From Eledone cirrhosa (lineage: Eukaryota), in the NCBI GenBank assembly GCA_964016885.1, contig OZ024749.1, positions 21,762,001 to 21,826,000 on the forward strand: a DNA stretch of 64,000 nucleotides, read 5' to 3'. Both the position numbers and the translations under genes were made by a program. Below are positions 40,601 to 52,312 of this stretch, piece after piece. The notes beneath the pieces were generated by a model. The model ran no database searches. It was not told the DNA's origin and saw nothing but the letters and a program-made list of their open reading frames with translations. Every line of letters starts with the position of its first letter. The first letter of the stretch is position 1.

Positions 40601-41676
40601 TAGGGGTAGGGTTAGGGTTAGTGTTTAGGTTTTAGAGTTTAGGGTTAGGGTTATGGTTACGGTTAGGGTTAGGGTTAGGTTTAGGTTTAGGGTTAGGGTT
40701 AGGGTTAGGTTAGGGTTAGGGTTAATGTTAGGGTTAGCGTTTTTTCATTTTTTCAATTTTTCGATCTTACGATTTTTTCGATTTTTTCATTTTTTAAATT
40801 TTTTGAATTTTTACGGTTAGGGTTTTTTCATTTTTTCTATTTTTTTATTTTTCGATTTTTTCGATTTTTAGGGTTAGGGTTAGGATTAGGGTTAGTGTTA
40901 TGGTTAGCGTTAGTGTTAGGGTTAGTGTTATGGTTAGGGTTAGGGTTAAGGTTAGGGTTAAGGTTAGGGTTAGGGTTAGGTTTACCGTTTTTACATTTTT
41001 TCGATTTTTTCATTTTTTTCGTATTTTCTATTCACTTTTACGATTTTTCGATTTATTTCGAATTTTTCATTTTTTTTCATTTTTTCAATTCTTTGCGATT
41101 TTTCAATTTTTTTAATTTTATCGATATTTCGATATTTTCGATTCTTTCTTTCATTTTTTCGATTCTTTCATTCTTTCATTTTTTCGCTTTTTTCATTGTT
41201 TCGATTTTTCGATTTTTTAATTTTTCGAATTTTTCACTTTTTTCCGTTTTTCGATTTTTTCTCTTTTTTTCATTTTTTCGATTTTTTCATTTTTTTCGAA
41301 TTGTAATATTTCTTCATTTTTTCGATTTTTCTATTTTTTTATATTTTTTCATTTTTTTATTTTTTCATTCTTTCGAATTTTCCATTTTCTCGATTTTTTC
41401 ATTTTTTGATATATTCAATTTTTTTTTAAATTTTCATTTTACTATTTTTTCTATTTTTTTGATTTTTCTATTTTTTTTGATTTTTGAGGTTTAGGGTTAG
41501 GGTTAGGTTTAGCGTTAGGGTTAGGGTTAGGTTAGGGTTGGGGTTAGGGTTAGAGTTAGGGTTAGTGTTTACACTCATCATGTTTATCTCTTTGCATATA
41601 TGTATGTATTTGTACGAGTGTATATTGATGTGTATGTATGTGTCTATGTACACATGCGTGTGTATATATATGTATA

Positions 41677-41713
<37 letters not shown>

Positions 41714-42334
41714 TGCCTCCTTAACCTCTGTATTAAATCGCCCACTATTTAGCTTTGACAGTGTTGTCCCATACATGTATGTTATTGAAGATGAAAAGAA
41801 AGACTGTATTCTCATCTAATGTAGACCACACAAATTCTACTCAATGATAAATACTTCGTCGGTCAGATAAATACTGAACATTACGGCCACCTGACCTATA
41901 TTGGTGATAAACACCGGCTTATCTTTAAAATTGATACAATACACCCTACGACATGCCAAACTTATACTTCTGCTTCATCTCAGCTAGTTTTACACGCCGA
42001 AATCTTAGATACACTATACCCCCCACCTAATGTAATGTCAGGGTCTCCTCAAATAATTTATTACTAGCATTGTTGTAATTGTTGTTATTGTTCTAACTGA
42101 ATGCCATTACTACTTCATATAGTAGCCTGTATATTCCATTCATGCCTGTATATTCTCTTCATTCTCGCATGCTCCGAAGAACTGATTGGTTATAATTTTG
42201 TATTGGCGATCGAGTAACGTGAAAACAAGCGAATAGCGATCTCTAGGCCTTCCAGTTCAGAGAAACAATTGTCAGCAATGAGATTAAAAGCCTTTTTTGT
42301 ATTGGAATCCATGTCAATCTTCTTTGCTGATTTA

Positions 42335-43142
<808 letters not shown>

Positions 43143-43751
43143 TCATAAAAACTGTGATAATTATTGCTATTTTGCTGAACTCCTTTGTAGAGTTTTTTTT
43201 CAGAATGTATTTGACTGCTATTTCTTGTAAATAAACATTCACTTCCATCCTGACGTCACTAGCCCCGTTTTTTCCTCATGTGCTTTTTCATAAATACACA
43301 TGAAGGCGAACTAGCCAGTTTTAGAATTCCCTTTTTCGGATTATATTACTGTGAGAGCCCTGGTTTTCTGTTGAGCTCTGCTGATGATTGAAATTCCAAC
43401 CGTGACCATCTCCACTGAAAGTTTTCATGAAATAGTCTTTTAAGACTATACAGAGCATTTGATGTTATTCCAAATTGAAGGATAAGTGTTTCAAACTTTA
43501 TTTTATCATGAGTTAAAGGTCTATAGATTTTCCCTGGATTTTACTAAATTCTGTGGATGAATTTATATCCTGATTCTCTTTTGAGATGAGTTTTGAGTTA
43601 TTTTTCCTAAATCTTTCGTTAACTACTTTTCCCATCTTGACGTTATAGTCGCATATATGTTATAGAATGCCGTTAGCTTTTTGCTAAAACAATCTCTATA
43701 CCTCTCATTTATATATATTATATATATATATTTATTAAAATAACAGATTAA

Positions 43752-43802
43752 AGTTTAAGCAAAGAATCGCTGCTTTCACCCTTAACGGGATCTTCTGAAA
43801 CT
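43752..43802 (-). ncRNA. Hammerhead-like motif, family B (variant core CAGAAGA)
   Basis: Minus strand AGTTT-CAGAAGA-T.CCC.gttaa.GGG.T-GAAA-GCAG.cgattct.TTGC-TT-AAACT: all three helices form. AATAAA and TA repeats lie downstream. The core has U4->A. Confidence 0.55.
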
Positions 43803-43889
43803 AACGAAGTCAATCTGTAAACGCAGAACTGGATATTTAAAAAAACGTTGCAACCGGAGGAAGACAGGAAGACGATACTTTGGTTCGTG

Positions 43890-44147
43890 GAAACGTTCGC
43901 TGGCAAAGAACGGGTAAAACGAATATACGTCATTAATAGGAGCGGTGAAAAACAATTACGCGCAAAGACAGAACCACGTTTATGGTATAAAAGAGGTCGT
44001 AGACTAATGTTCTCTTAGGTGGTGCATAGAGACGTTCTCTGGCAATGAACGAAAAAACGAAGATAATACGTCATATGTGGAGTGTGGAGAACAATAGCAC
44101 ACAAAGACAAAACCACGTGAATGGTATAGCAGAAGTCGTAGATTAAA
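43890..44147. repeat. Diverged ~140 bp tandem duplication
   Basis: gaaacgttcgctggcaa...caaagacagaaccacgt...gtcgtagactaa is repeated as gagacgttctctggcaa...caaagacaaaaccacgt...gtcgtagattaa. Confidence 0.75.
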
Positions 44148-44769
44148 ATTCTAACTAGGAGACCAAATGAATCTCCGCTACAGAGTTAAGAACAAAGTAA
44201 ATAAATACAATACAGAAGCAATAGAAATAAATGAATACATACACGCAAACAAATACGTACATACACAAGCATACGCAAAACCTTACCATAGGTATACAGA
44301 ACCACGCACATATAAATATGTGTGTGTGTGTATGCGTGTATACAAATAAATAAATAATTATATAAACGTATATAAATAAATAAATACGTATATAACAAGC
44401 GCACACACATACCTACATATAATCACACGAATGTTCGGAGACGTAACAAGAAGTACACATATACACACACCCACCATACGTACGAACCTGCATACTCACA
44501 CAGACGCAAAACTCCCGTATACACATAGCCAAACCCTATGTACCAGAATATATAAAATTATACGCCAAAACAATCAAATATACGTACGAGAAGGTATACG
44601 TACCTTCACAAAACATACGGGTAATACATACTTACCTATGCAAATAAGTAAAGGAATAAACAAAACATATACTTAGCTCCCACGGTTCTTATATATTTGA
44701 TATATATTTATCCTTATCGAGCCCTCTTTGGATTTTAGTCTTCAAATTTATTATTATTACTATTATATA

Positions 44770-44957
44770 GGCGGTGGATTGGCAGTATCGGTAGAGGGTC
44801 GGACGCCATGCTTTCCAGCATAGTTACGTCCCTTTACGATCTGAGTTCAAATCCCGCCGAGGTTGACTTTGCCTTTCATCCTTACGGGGTCGATAAAATA
44901 AAGTACCAGTAATGCATTGGGTAATTGCTGGCCTTGTGCCTAAAGTAGAAACAATTA
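44770..44957 (+). mobile_element. tRNA-derived SINE, full length, 14-bp TSD
   Basis: A-box-like TGGCAGTATCGG, B-box GTTCAAATCC and central domain gactttgcctttcatccttacggggtcgataaa. TSD attactattatata at 44756-44769 and 44954-44967. Confidence 0.9.
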
Positions 44958-44979
44958 CTATTATATATATATATATATT

Positions 44980-45010
<31 letters not shown>

Positions 45011-45033
45011 TTTATATCGATGTTTGACGGGCA

Positions 45034-45155
45034 TCCACTAATGATTTATAAGTGCCCACCTGCATATATTCCTATGGACTATGTGTAGGCTTCTACATAA
45101 CCTGAACATAATTTTTCCAACTTGTAGAAAACTTATAATGAAACAATTGTTTGGA
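45034..45155 (+). ncRNA. Hammerhead family C, mutated core (CTAATGA)
   Basis: Same fold as 45761-45882 but G5->A, so predicted inactive. Confidence 0.6.
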
Positions 45156-45760
45156 AAGGGAGATGTATTTTAATCATGTCTCATATAAAATAATACAACT
45201 GGCTATCCGCAAAATACATATAGTTAGTACCCCAAACGTAAAATTGGGATTATACTAAGGTATATCCTAATGTTTGTTGAGTGAGATGGCAGCCAGTCAG
45301 AGTATTGCTTAAAGCTTTCTCTGTTAATGTATTAAATATTATACTCTTGATTTGGCCAGAGATGAATATTTCCAGATACCTTTTAAGTGTAACTTTCCGT
45401 ATTTTTATTTGTATGAAATATTGATTGTTATTCTGGTATCTCATCTCTGTTTTTAACCTAAGAAAATACCTATATGCGTGTATAAATAAAACATGCATAT
45501 ATTTATTTTTTTAAATCTAATTGAGTTCTTCATACGCAAGGTTAAAATTATTGAAAGAATTAATTGACCCGCGTGCATATTATTTTTTTTCTTGTGTTTT
45601 GCGATGACCTCCCCTTTCCGCTTGATAACAGTGTGAAATTTCTCATTCTGAGACTGCTGGAATTTCAAATTTGGCGGTCATTCTGACACGGAAGGTGACC
45701 ATCGCTGAACATTGGATATCGGTAAGAACATTTTTTTTTTATATCGATGTTTGACGGGCA

Positions 45761-45882
45761 TCCACTGATGATTTATAAGTGCCCTCCAGCATATATTCCT
45801 ACGCACTATGTGTAGGCTTCTACATAACCTGGACATAATTTACCCAACTTGTAGAAAACTTATAATGAAACAATTGTTTGGA
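45761..45882 (+). ncRNA. Type I hammerhead ribozyme, family C (extended helix II)
   Basis: TCCA-CTGATGA-T.TTATAAGT...ACTTATAA.T-GAAA-CAATTG-TT-TGGA: helix I TCCA/TGGA, intact core, 8-bp helix II base, palindromic helix III ACAATTGT, GUU cleavage triplet. Confidence 0.8.
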
Positions 45883-46062
45883 AAGGGAGATATATTTTAA
45901 TTATGTCTAATATAAAATAATACAACTGGCTATCCGCAAAATACATATAGTTAGCACCCCAAACGTAAAATTGGGATTATACTAAGGTATATCCTAATGT
46001 TTGTTGAGTGAGAGGGAAGCCAGTCAGAGTATTGCTTAAAGCTTTCTCTGTTAATGTATTAA

Positions 46063-46101
<39 letters not shown>

Positions 46102-46281
46102 TATATATGTATATTATATATATATATATATATATTTTATATATATATATATATTATATATATATATATATATATATTTTATATATATATATATATTATA
46201 TATAACGGAAGAAATGTGGTAAGGAACCAGGTGGACCATAACGCACCAAAGTACTCAATACTTAGGGTAGTAGAGTGGGTA

Positions 46282-46396
46282 ATAGGAACGAGTTGGACCC
46301 CGACGGCTGAACTCAAGCCGTTTCGACGGCTAATTCGTCCAGAATTTGCCGTCGAAACGGCTTGAACTCAGCCGTCGGGGTCCAACTCGTTCCTAT
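46282..46396. repeat. 115 bp GC-rich fold-back palindrome
   Basis: 55-bp arms with 3 mismatches around a 5-nt loop (gtcca). Confidence 0.92.
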
Positions 46397-46514
46397 ATAT
46401 TATATATATATATATTTTTTATATATATATATATATATTATATATATATATATTATATATATATATATATATATTATTTATATATATATATATATTATAT
46501 ATATATATATTATA

Positions 46515-46546
<32 letters not shown>

Positions 46547-46753
46547 TATTTATATATATTCAGGTTTGAGGTTCACCACTGTATAGAGCTGGTCTATTCC
46601 GTATGGTCAATCGTAATGCAATAATATAGAGAGTACTCAACGTAAAGCAGTTCAACTGTCTTTGTTTTTGTAGTTGGTGGTGCTATTACGGAGTTAAATA
46701 TTATAATGAAATGACAGGAGGCTGGATTTGTGTAAATCCTTGAAAGGTTTATT

Positions 46754-46811
46754 ATACTATGATCATTTCAATGACCGGGTTCCGTATGAATCCGGTGATA
46801 TCATCAGGTAT
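46754..46811 (-). ncRNA. Type I hammerhead, family A (left arm)
   Basis: Exact reverse complement of 50269-50326. Confidence 0.75.
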
Positions 46812-47834
46812 TCGAAATATAATACGTGAATGTAATAGGTAAAATCCATGGGGCTGAAAATCGAGACCCGAGGGCGACCGCTATTCTGTTCCTTCAACCT
46901 CAGCCGGTCGCCCTGGAGTGACGTGGCTAAATTTTACAGTATGCTACTACCGGTCAGATGAACGAAAGCAGAAAGGGATGGGAGCATAGGTTAACGTCGA
47001 TCCCATGACACAAGGTAAAAGAAAGAAAGAAAGGAAGGAGAGAGAAGAAGGGGGAAGAAAGAAGAAGAGAAGCCAGGGTTAATGTCAGCTAAAAGAGGAA
47101 GGCAACTACTACTGGTCAGATATAGGCAAGCAAGAGGGGGAAGGAAGATAAGTCTGCGGGAGGAAGACAGGGGGAGGGGAGGAGAGAAGGATGGGAAGAG
47201 AGAAGTAGAAAAGTAAGGGTTGATGGCTACAAGAAGGAAGATAGAAAGAAAGAGGAAGAAAGGTCGATATTAATGTCAGACCACAGTCAAGCCAGGAGTG
47301 GCGGGAGAAAATTTTCACAGGGACCCGCATCTTAGCAGAGGTGAATATATTGGGAGTCAGTGTTTTACAGTGTTTAGACTTCTAGGATGAAGTTAAAAAA
47401 ATTTATAATAAATATTCAATATTAAATATTAAAGAGGTTAGAAAATTTAAAGTTCAACAGTTTAACATTTAATTATATAATAGTTCCGATTTGTTCTGTA
47501 ATTTAAAGGTACTATTTGGCGGTTAAAACCCCGGCCGCGCCCCGGGCCCCATGGCGAACTAAGCCACGCCGAGTATTTTCATTTACTGAAAGAAGGGGAA
47601 ATTTATTTTTCCAAGCACTCCAGGTGAGCTCGTTCGCCAGGGAGCCGGTCGCGCCGCCATTAAAACCCACCCAACAGTCCGACAGAAAGTTGGAACTTTA
47701 AAATTTTGCTTAGAGAAGTAAAAGAGTAATGGTTGATAGCTACAAGAAGGAAGATAGAAAGAGAGAGGAAGGAAGGTCGATATTAATGTCACACCACAGT
47801 CGGGCCAGGAGTGGCGCGACAAAATGTTCACAGG

Positions 47835-47912
47835 GACTCGCATCTTAGCAGAGGTGAAACTTGACTGCAGCTTGACTCGCATCTTAGCAGAGGTGAAACT
47901 TGACTGCAACTT
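47835..47912. repeat. 39 bp tandem duplication at the inner inversion junction
   Basis: gactcgcatcttagcagaggtgaaacttgactgca(g/a)ctt at 47835 and 47874. Confidence 0.9.
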
Positions 47913-48620
47913 GAACTATATTGTATTTCTCCTGTGTCTTGAACTCTCCATTTAATAGACAACGACTCTTGTTTGTTTATTTATATCTTTACATCTTTAT
48001 TTGCTGTATTAATGCTCCTCCACGTATTTTACCTCTATACATCCATGTACTTTCTACTTCCCTTATTCGGACTTTTACTCGCGTGTACCCTCAGCACACG
48101 TCACTGGAATATTTCCCCCTGGGAACATAAATACCGCAACCTGAACTATATTGTATTTCTCCTGTGTCTTGAACTCTCCATTTAATAGACAACGACTCTT
48201 GTTTGTTTATCTATATCTTCACATCTTTGTTTGCTGTATTAATGTCTTTCCACGTACTCTACCTCTATACATCCATGTACTTTTTACTCCCCTTATTCGG
48301 ACTTTTACTCGCGTGCACCCTTAGAACACGACACAGGATTGCCCCCCCCCCCCCCCCCGGGAACATAAATACTGCAACCGGAACTATATTGTAATTCTCC
48401 TATGTCCTGATTTCTCCATCTTACTCCAACACCACTCTTGTTGGTTTATTTACATGTTTATACCTATATATTGATATGTTTATATATGTATACCTCTGCT
48501 GTACCAATGTGCTCTTCCACGTATTCCACTTCTATGTATCCATGTATTTCTACTCCTCACATTGGAACCTGTACCCATTAGCACACGACACTAGAATGTC
48601 TCCTCCTGAGAACAAAAATT
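47905..48620. repeat. Three ~230-245 bp tandem units
   Basis: gcaac..gaactatattgta starts near 47906, 48136 and 48374; a C17 tract lies at 48342-48358. Confidence 0.85.
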
Positions 48621-50268
48621 AAACATTACACGACTATATCCCGTACTCTACATCTCACTAGGATAAATTACAGATCTACATAATACAATTAACGTTTCTT
48701 CATAAAAGACTATTTAATTAAACCCCGCAACCCCAAACCTCATAGAAGTTATTTGAATGTTTAATCTTCAATTTTCTGTTTGTTCAATTCTCAATCCTCT
48801 TACTCCTTAGTTTTATAATGTTATTCTGAATTCTTTCAACTTCATCCGATAGAGTTAAGCAAAATTCTAAAGTTCCAACTTTCTGTCGGACCGTTGGGTG
48901 GGTTTTGGCGGCGGCGCGACCAGCTCCCTGGCGAACGGGCTCACCTGGAGTGCTTGGAAAAATAAATTTCCCCTTCTTTCGGTAAATGAAAATACTCGGC
49001 GTGGCTTAATTCGCCATGGGGCCCGGGGCGCGGCCGGTGTTTTAACCGCCAAATAGTACCTTTAAATTACAGAACAAATCGGAACTATTAGATATATCAA
49101 CCTGAAACTGTTGAGCTTTAAATTTTCTAACCTCTTTAATATGGAATATTGATTATTAATTTATTAATTTTTTAACTTCATCCTATAAGTCTAAACATTG
49201 TAACACACTGACCCCCAATATATTCACCTCTGCTAAGATGCGAGTCCCTGTGAACATTTTGTCGCGCCACTCCTGGCCCGACTGTGGTGTGACATTAATA
49301 TCGACCTTCCTTCCTCTCTCTTTCTATCTTCCTTCTTGTAGCTATCAACCATTACTCTTTTACTTCTCTAAGCAAAATTTTAAAGTTCCAACTTTCTGTC
49401 GGACTGTTGGGTGGGTTTTAATGGCGGCGCGACCGGCTCCCTGGCGAACGAGCTCACCTGGAGTGCTTGGAAAAATAAATTTCCCCTTCTTTCAGTAAAT
49501 GAAAATACTCGGCGTGGCTTAGTTCGCCATGGGGCCCGGGGCGCGGCCGGGGTTTTAACCGCCAAATAGTACCTTTAAATTACAGAACAAATCGGAACTA
49601 TTATATAATTAAATGTTAAACTGTTGAACTTTAAATTTTCTAACCTCTTTAATATTTAATATTGAATATTGATTATAAATTTTTTAACTTCATCCTAGAA
49701 GTCTAAACACTGTAAAACACTGACTCCCAATATATTCACCTCTGCTAAGATGCGGGTCCCTGTGAAAATTTTCTCCCGCCACTCCTGGCTTGACTGTGGT
49801 CTGACATTAATATCGACCTTTCTTCCTCTTTCTTTCTATCTTCCTTCTTGTAGCCATCAACCCTTACTTTTCTACTTCTCTCTTCCCATCCTTCTCTCCT
49901 CCCCTCCCCCTGTCTTCCTCCCGCAGACTTATCTTCCTTCCCCCTCTTGCTTGCCTATATCTGACCAGTAGTAGTTGCCTTCCTCTTTTAGCTGACATTA
50001 ACCCTGGCTTCTCTTCTTCTTTCTTCCCCCTTCTTCTCTCTCCTTCCTTTCTTTCTTTCTTTTACCTTGTGTCATGGGATAGACGTTAACCTATGCTCCC
50101 ATCCCTTTCTGTTTCCGTTCATCTGACCGGTAGTAGCATACTGTAAAATTTAGCCACGTCACTCCAGGGCGACCGGCTGAGGTTGAAGGAACAGAATAGC
50201 GGTCGCCCTCGGGTCTCGATTTTCAGCCCCATGGATTTTACCTATTACATTCACGTATTATATTTCGA

Positions 50269-50326
50269 ATACCTGATGATATCACCGGATTCATACGGAA
50301 CCCGGTCATTGAAATGATCATAGTAT
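50269..50326 (+). ncRNA. Type I hammerhead, family A (right arm)
   Basis: ATAC-CTGATGA-[31-nt hairpin with ACCGG/CCGGT]-GAAA-TGATCA-TA-GTAT then AATAAA; helix III is the palindrome ATGATCAT. Confidence 0.75.
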
Positions 50327-50393
50327 AATAAACCTTTCAAGGATTTACACAAATCCAGCCTCCTGTCATTTCATTATATTATTTATATATATA

Positions 50394-50466
<73 letters not shown>

Positions 50467-50613
50467 ATATGTATATATATTATATATATATGTAGATAAA
50501 TCTACCAAAATATACGGTAGTGTCCAATCCGTATGAAGAACGCAATGTAATCCAAATATCATGAAAAGAGAAGATATATTCAAAATTTTTTCGATTATAT
50601 ATATATATTATAT

Positions 50614-50745
50614 TTGTTTCTGAAGACAACATATATATGTGTAGGTATGTATATTCCCTCTGATAGTTTGTAAAAATTTAACATAGATCTATATGATATA
50701 CATACCAACACATACATATATATCCTAGAAACGATCGCAAAATGA
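50614..50745 (+). ncRNA. Hammerhead-like motif, family D, copy 1
   Basis: TTGTTT-CTGAAGA-[long hairpin]-GAAA-CGATCG-CA-AAATGA; position 16.1 is C rather than U. Confidence 0.5.
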
Positions 50746-51206
50746 TGAATTTTTTAATATAAGGAACTGTTTCTTTGTTTTTATTCATTATTTTTATTAA
50801 TTTATTATATATATATATATTATTTATATATATATATTATATAATTGTATGAAATATTGTATGAAATATTGATTGTTATTCTGGTATCTTATCTCTGTTT
50901 TTAGCTAAGAAAATACCTATATGCGTGTATAAATAATACATGCATATATTTATTTTTTTTAATGTAATTGCGTTCTTCACACGCAAGGTTAAAATTATTG
51001 AAAGAATTAATTGACCCGCGTGCATATTATTTTATTTTTGTATGTTTTGCGATGACCTCCCCTTTCCGCTTGATGACAGTGTGAAATTTCTCATTCTGAG
51101 ACTGCTGGAATTTCAAATTTGGCGGTCATTCTGACACGGAAGGGGCCCGTCGTTGAACATTGGATATCGGTAAGAAAATTTTTTTTATATCAATGTTTGA
51201 CGGGCA

Positions 51207-51327
51207 TCCACTGATGATTTATAAGTGCCCACCTGCATATATTCCTACGGACTATGTGTAGGCTTCTACATAACCTGGACACATTTTCCCAGCTTGTAGA
51301 AAACTTATAATGAAACAATTGTTTGGA
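51207..51327 (+). ncRNA. Type I hammerhead, family C, copy 3
   Basis: Intact TCCA-CTGATGA...GAAA-CAATTG-TT-TGGA. Confidence 0.8.
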
Positions 51328-51493
51328 AAGGGAGATGTATTTTAATTATGTCTCATACAACTGGCTATCCGCAAAATACATATAGTTAGGACTCCAAACA
51401 TAAAATTGGGATTATACTAAGGTATATCGTAATATTTGTTGAGTGAGATGGAAGCCAGTCAGAGTATTGCTTAAAGCTTTCTCTGTTAATGTA

Positions 51494-51568
<75 letters not shown>

Positions 51569-51678
51569 AAACATGTATATTATATATATATATATATATT
51601 ATATATATATATTTATATTATATATATATATATACTTTTTTTTTTATATATATATATATTATATATATATATATATTT

Positions 51679-51739
<61 letters not shown>

Positions 51740-51864
51740 ATATATATATTATACATATATATATTATATATATATATATATTATACATATATATATTTGA
51801 TATATATTATATATATATATATATTATATATATATATATTATATATATATATATTATATACATA

Positions 51865-51963
<99 letters not shown>

Positions 51964-51986
51964 ATATATATTATATATATATATAT

Positions 51987-52020
<34 letters not shown>

Positions 52021-52182
52021 ATATATTATATATATATATATATGTATATTATATATATATGTAGATAAATCTACCAAAATATACGGTTGTGTCCAATCCG
52101 TATGAAGAACTCAATGTAATCCAAATATCATGAAAAGAGAAAATATATTCAAAATCTTTTCGATTATATATATATAATATAT

Positions 52183-52312
52183 TTGTTTCTGAAGACAGCA
52201 TATATATGTGTAGGTATGTATATTCCCTCTGATAGTTTGTAAAATTATAACATAGATCTATATGATATACATACAAACACACATATATATCCTAGAAACG
52301 ATCGCAAAATGA
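52183..52312 (+). ncRNA. Hammerhead-like motif, family D, copy 2
   Basis: Helix II ATATATATGTGT/ACACATATATAT plus GTATGTATAT/ATATACATAC; palindromic CGATCG after GAAA; U16.1->C. Confidence 0.55.

Larger units (their letters stand above)
1..41570 (+). repeat. Composite telomere-like satellite: degenerate (TTAGGG)n blocks alternating with T-rich (TTTTTTCGA/TTTTTTCA)n blocks
   Basis: Continuous alternation of roughly 30-700 bp TTAGGG-variant blocks (TTAGTG, TTATGG, TTAGGA, TTAGAG, ATAGGG, TTTAGGG etc.) with roughly 40-500 bp T-tract blocks. Ends abruptly at ...gggttagtgttt|acactcatc near 41570. Confidence 0.97.
45010..46066 (+). mobile_element. Non-coding element with ~330 bp direct repeats, each holding a hammerhead (pLTR/retrozyme-like, family C)
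   Basis: 45010-45339 is repeated at 45737-46066 (offset 727) around a ~400 bp spacer; flanked by (TA)n on both sides. Confidence 0.75.
46665..50384. mobile_element. Penelope-like element remnant with ~1.16 kb head-to-head inverted repeats and an internal partial tandem (family A)
   Basis: Arms 46696-47858 and 49223-50384 (coordinate sums 97080/97081, few mismatches). A 512-513 bp direct repeat lies at 48856-49368/49369-49880. Each outer end has a hammerhead plus AATAAA; the right end abuts (TA)n. Confidence 0.72.

Noticed and set aside
372-41494. Dozens of GL/VR/Phe-rich ORFs
   Set aside because: Direct translations of TTAGGG and T-tract repeats; no domain or gene structure.
1-41570. Array as a base-calling artefact of telomeric reads
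   Set aside because: Specific variants are reproduced base for base across multi-kb duplicates, which random miscalling would not do. Local misassembly is still possible.
1-41570. TTTAGGG, TTAGG and TTAGGC as evidence of plant, insect or nematode telomeres
   Set aside because: They occur as scattered single variants in a TTAGGG background.
42171-42240. Possible hammerhead at CCGAAGA...GAAA
   Set aside because: A helix II-like stem exists, but the spacing to GAAA, helix III and helix I do not fit.
43381-43393. CTGATGA-TT-GAAA
   Set aside because: No helix II and no flanking helices; treated as chance.
44770-44850. tRNA gene
   Set aside because: A/B boxes are present, but I see no proper cloverleaf; it is the head of a multi-copy SINE with TSDs.
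47516-47701. Repeated ORF MAVKTPAAPRAPW (also 48867, 49380; related 59901)
   Set aside because: Short, lies inside repeat units, opens mainly because of local GC richness, and has no recognisable domain.
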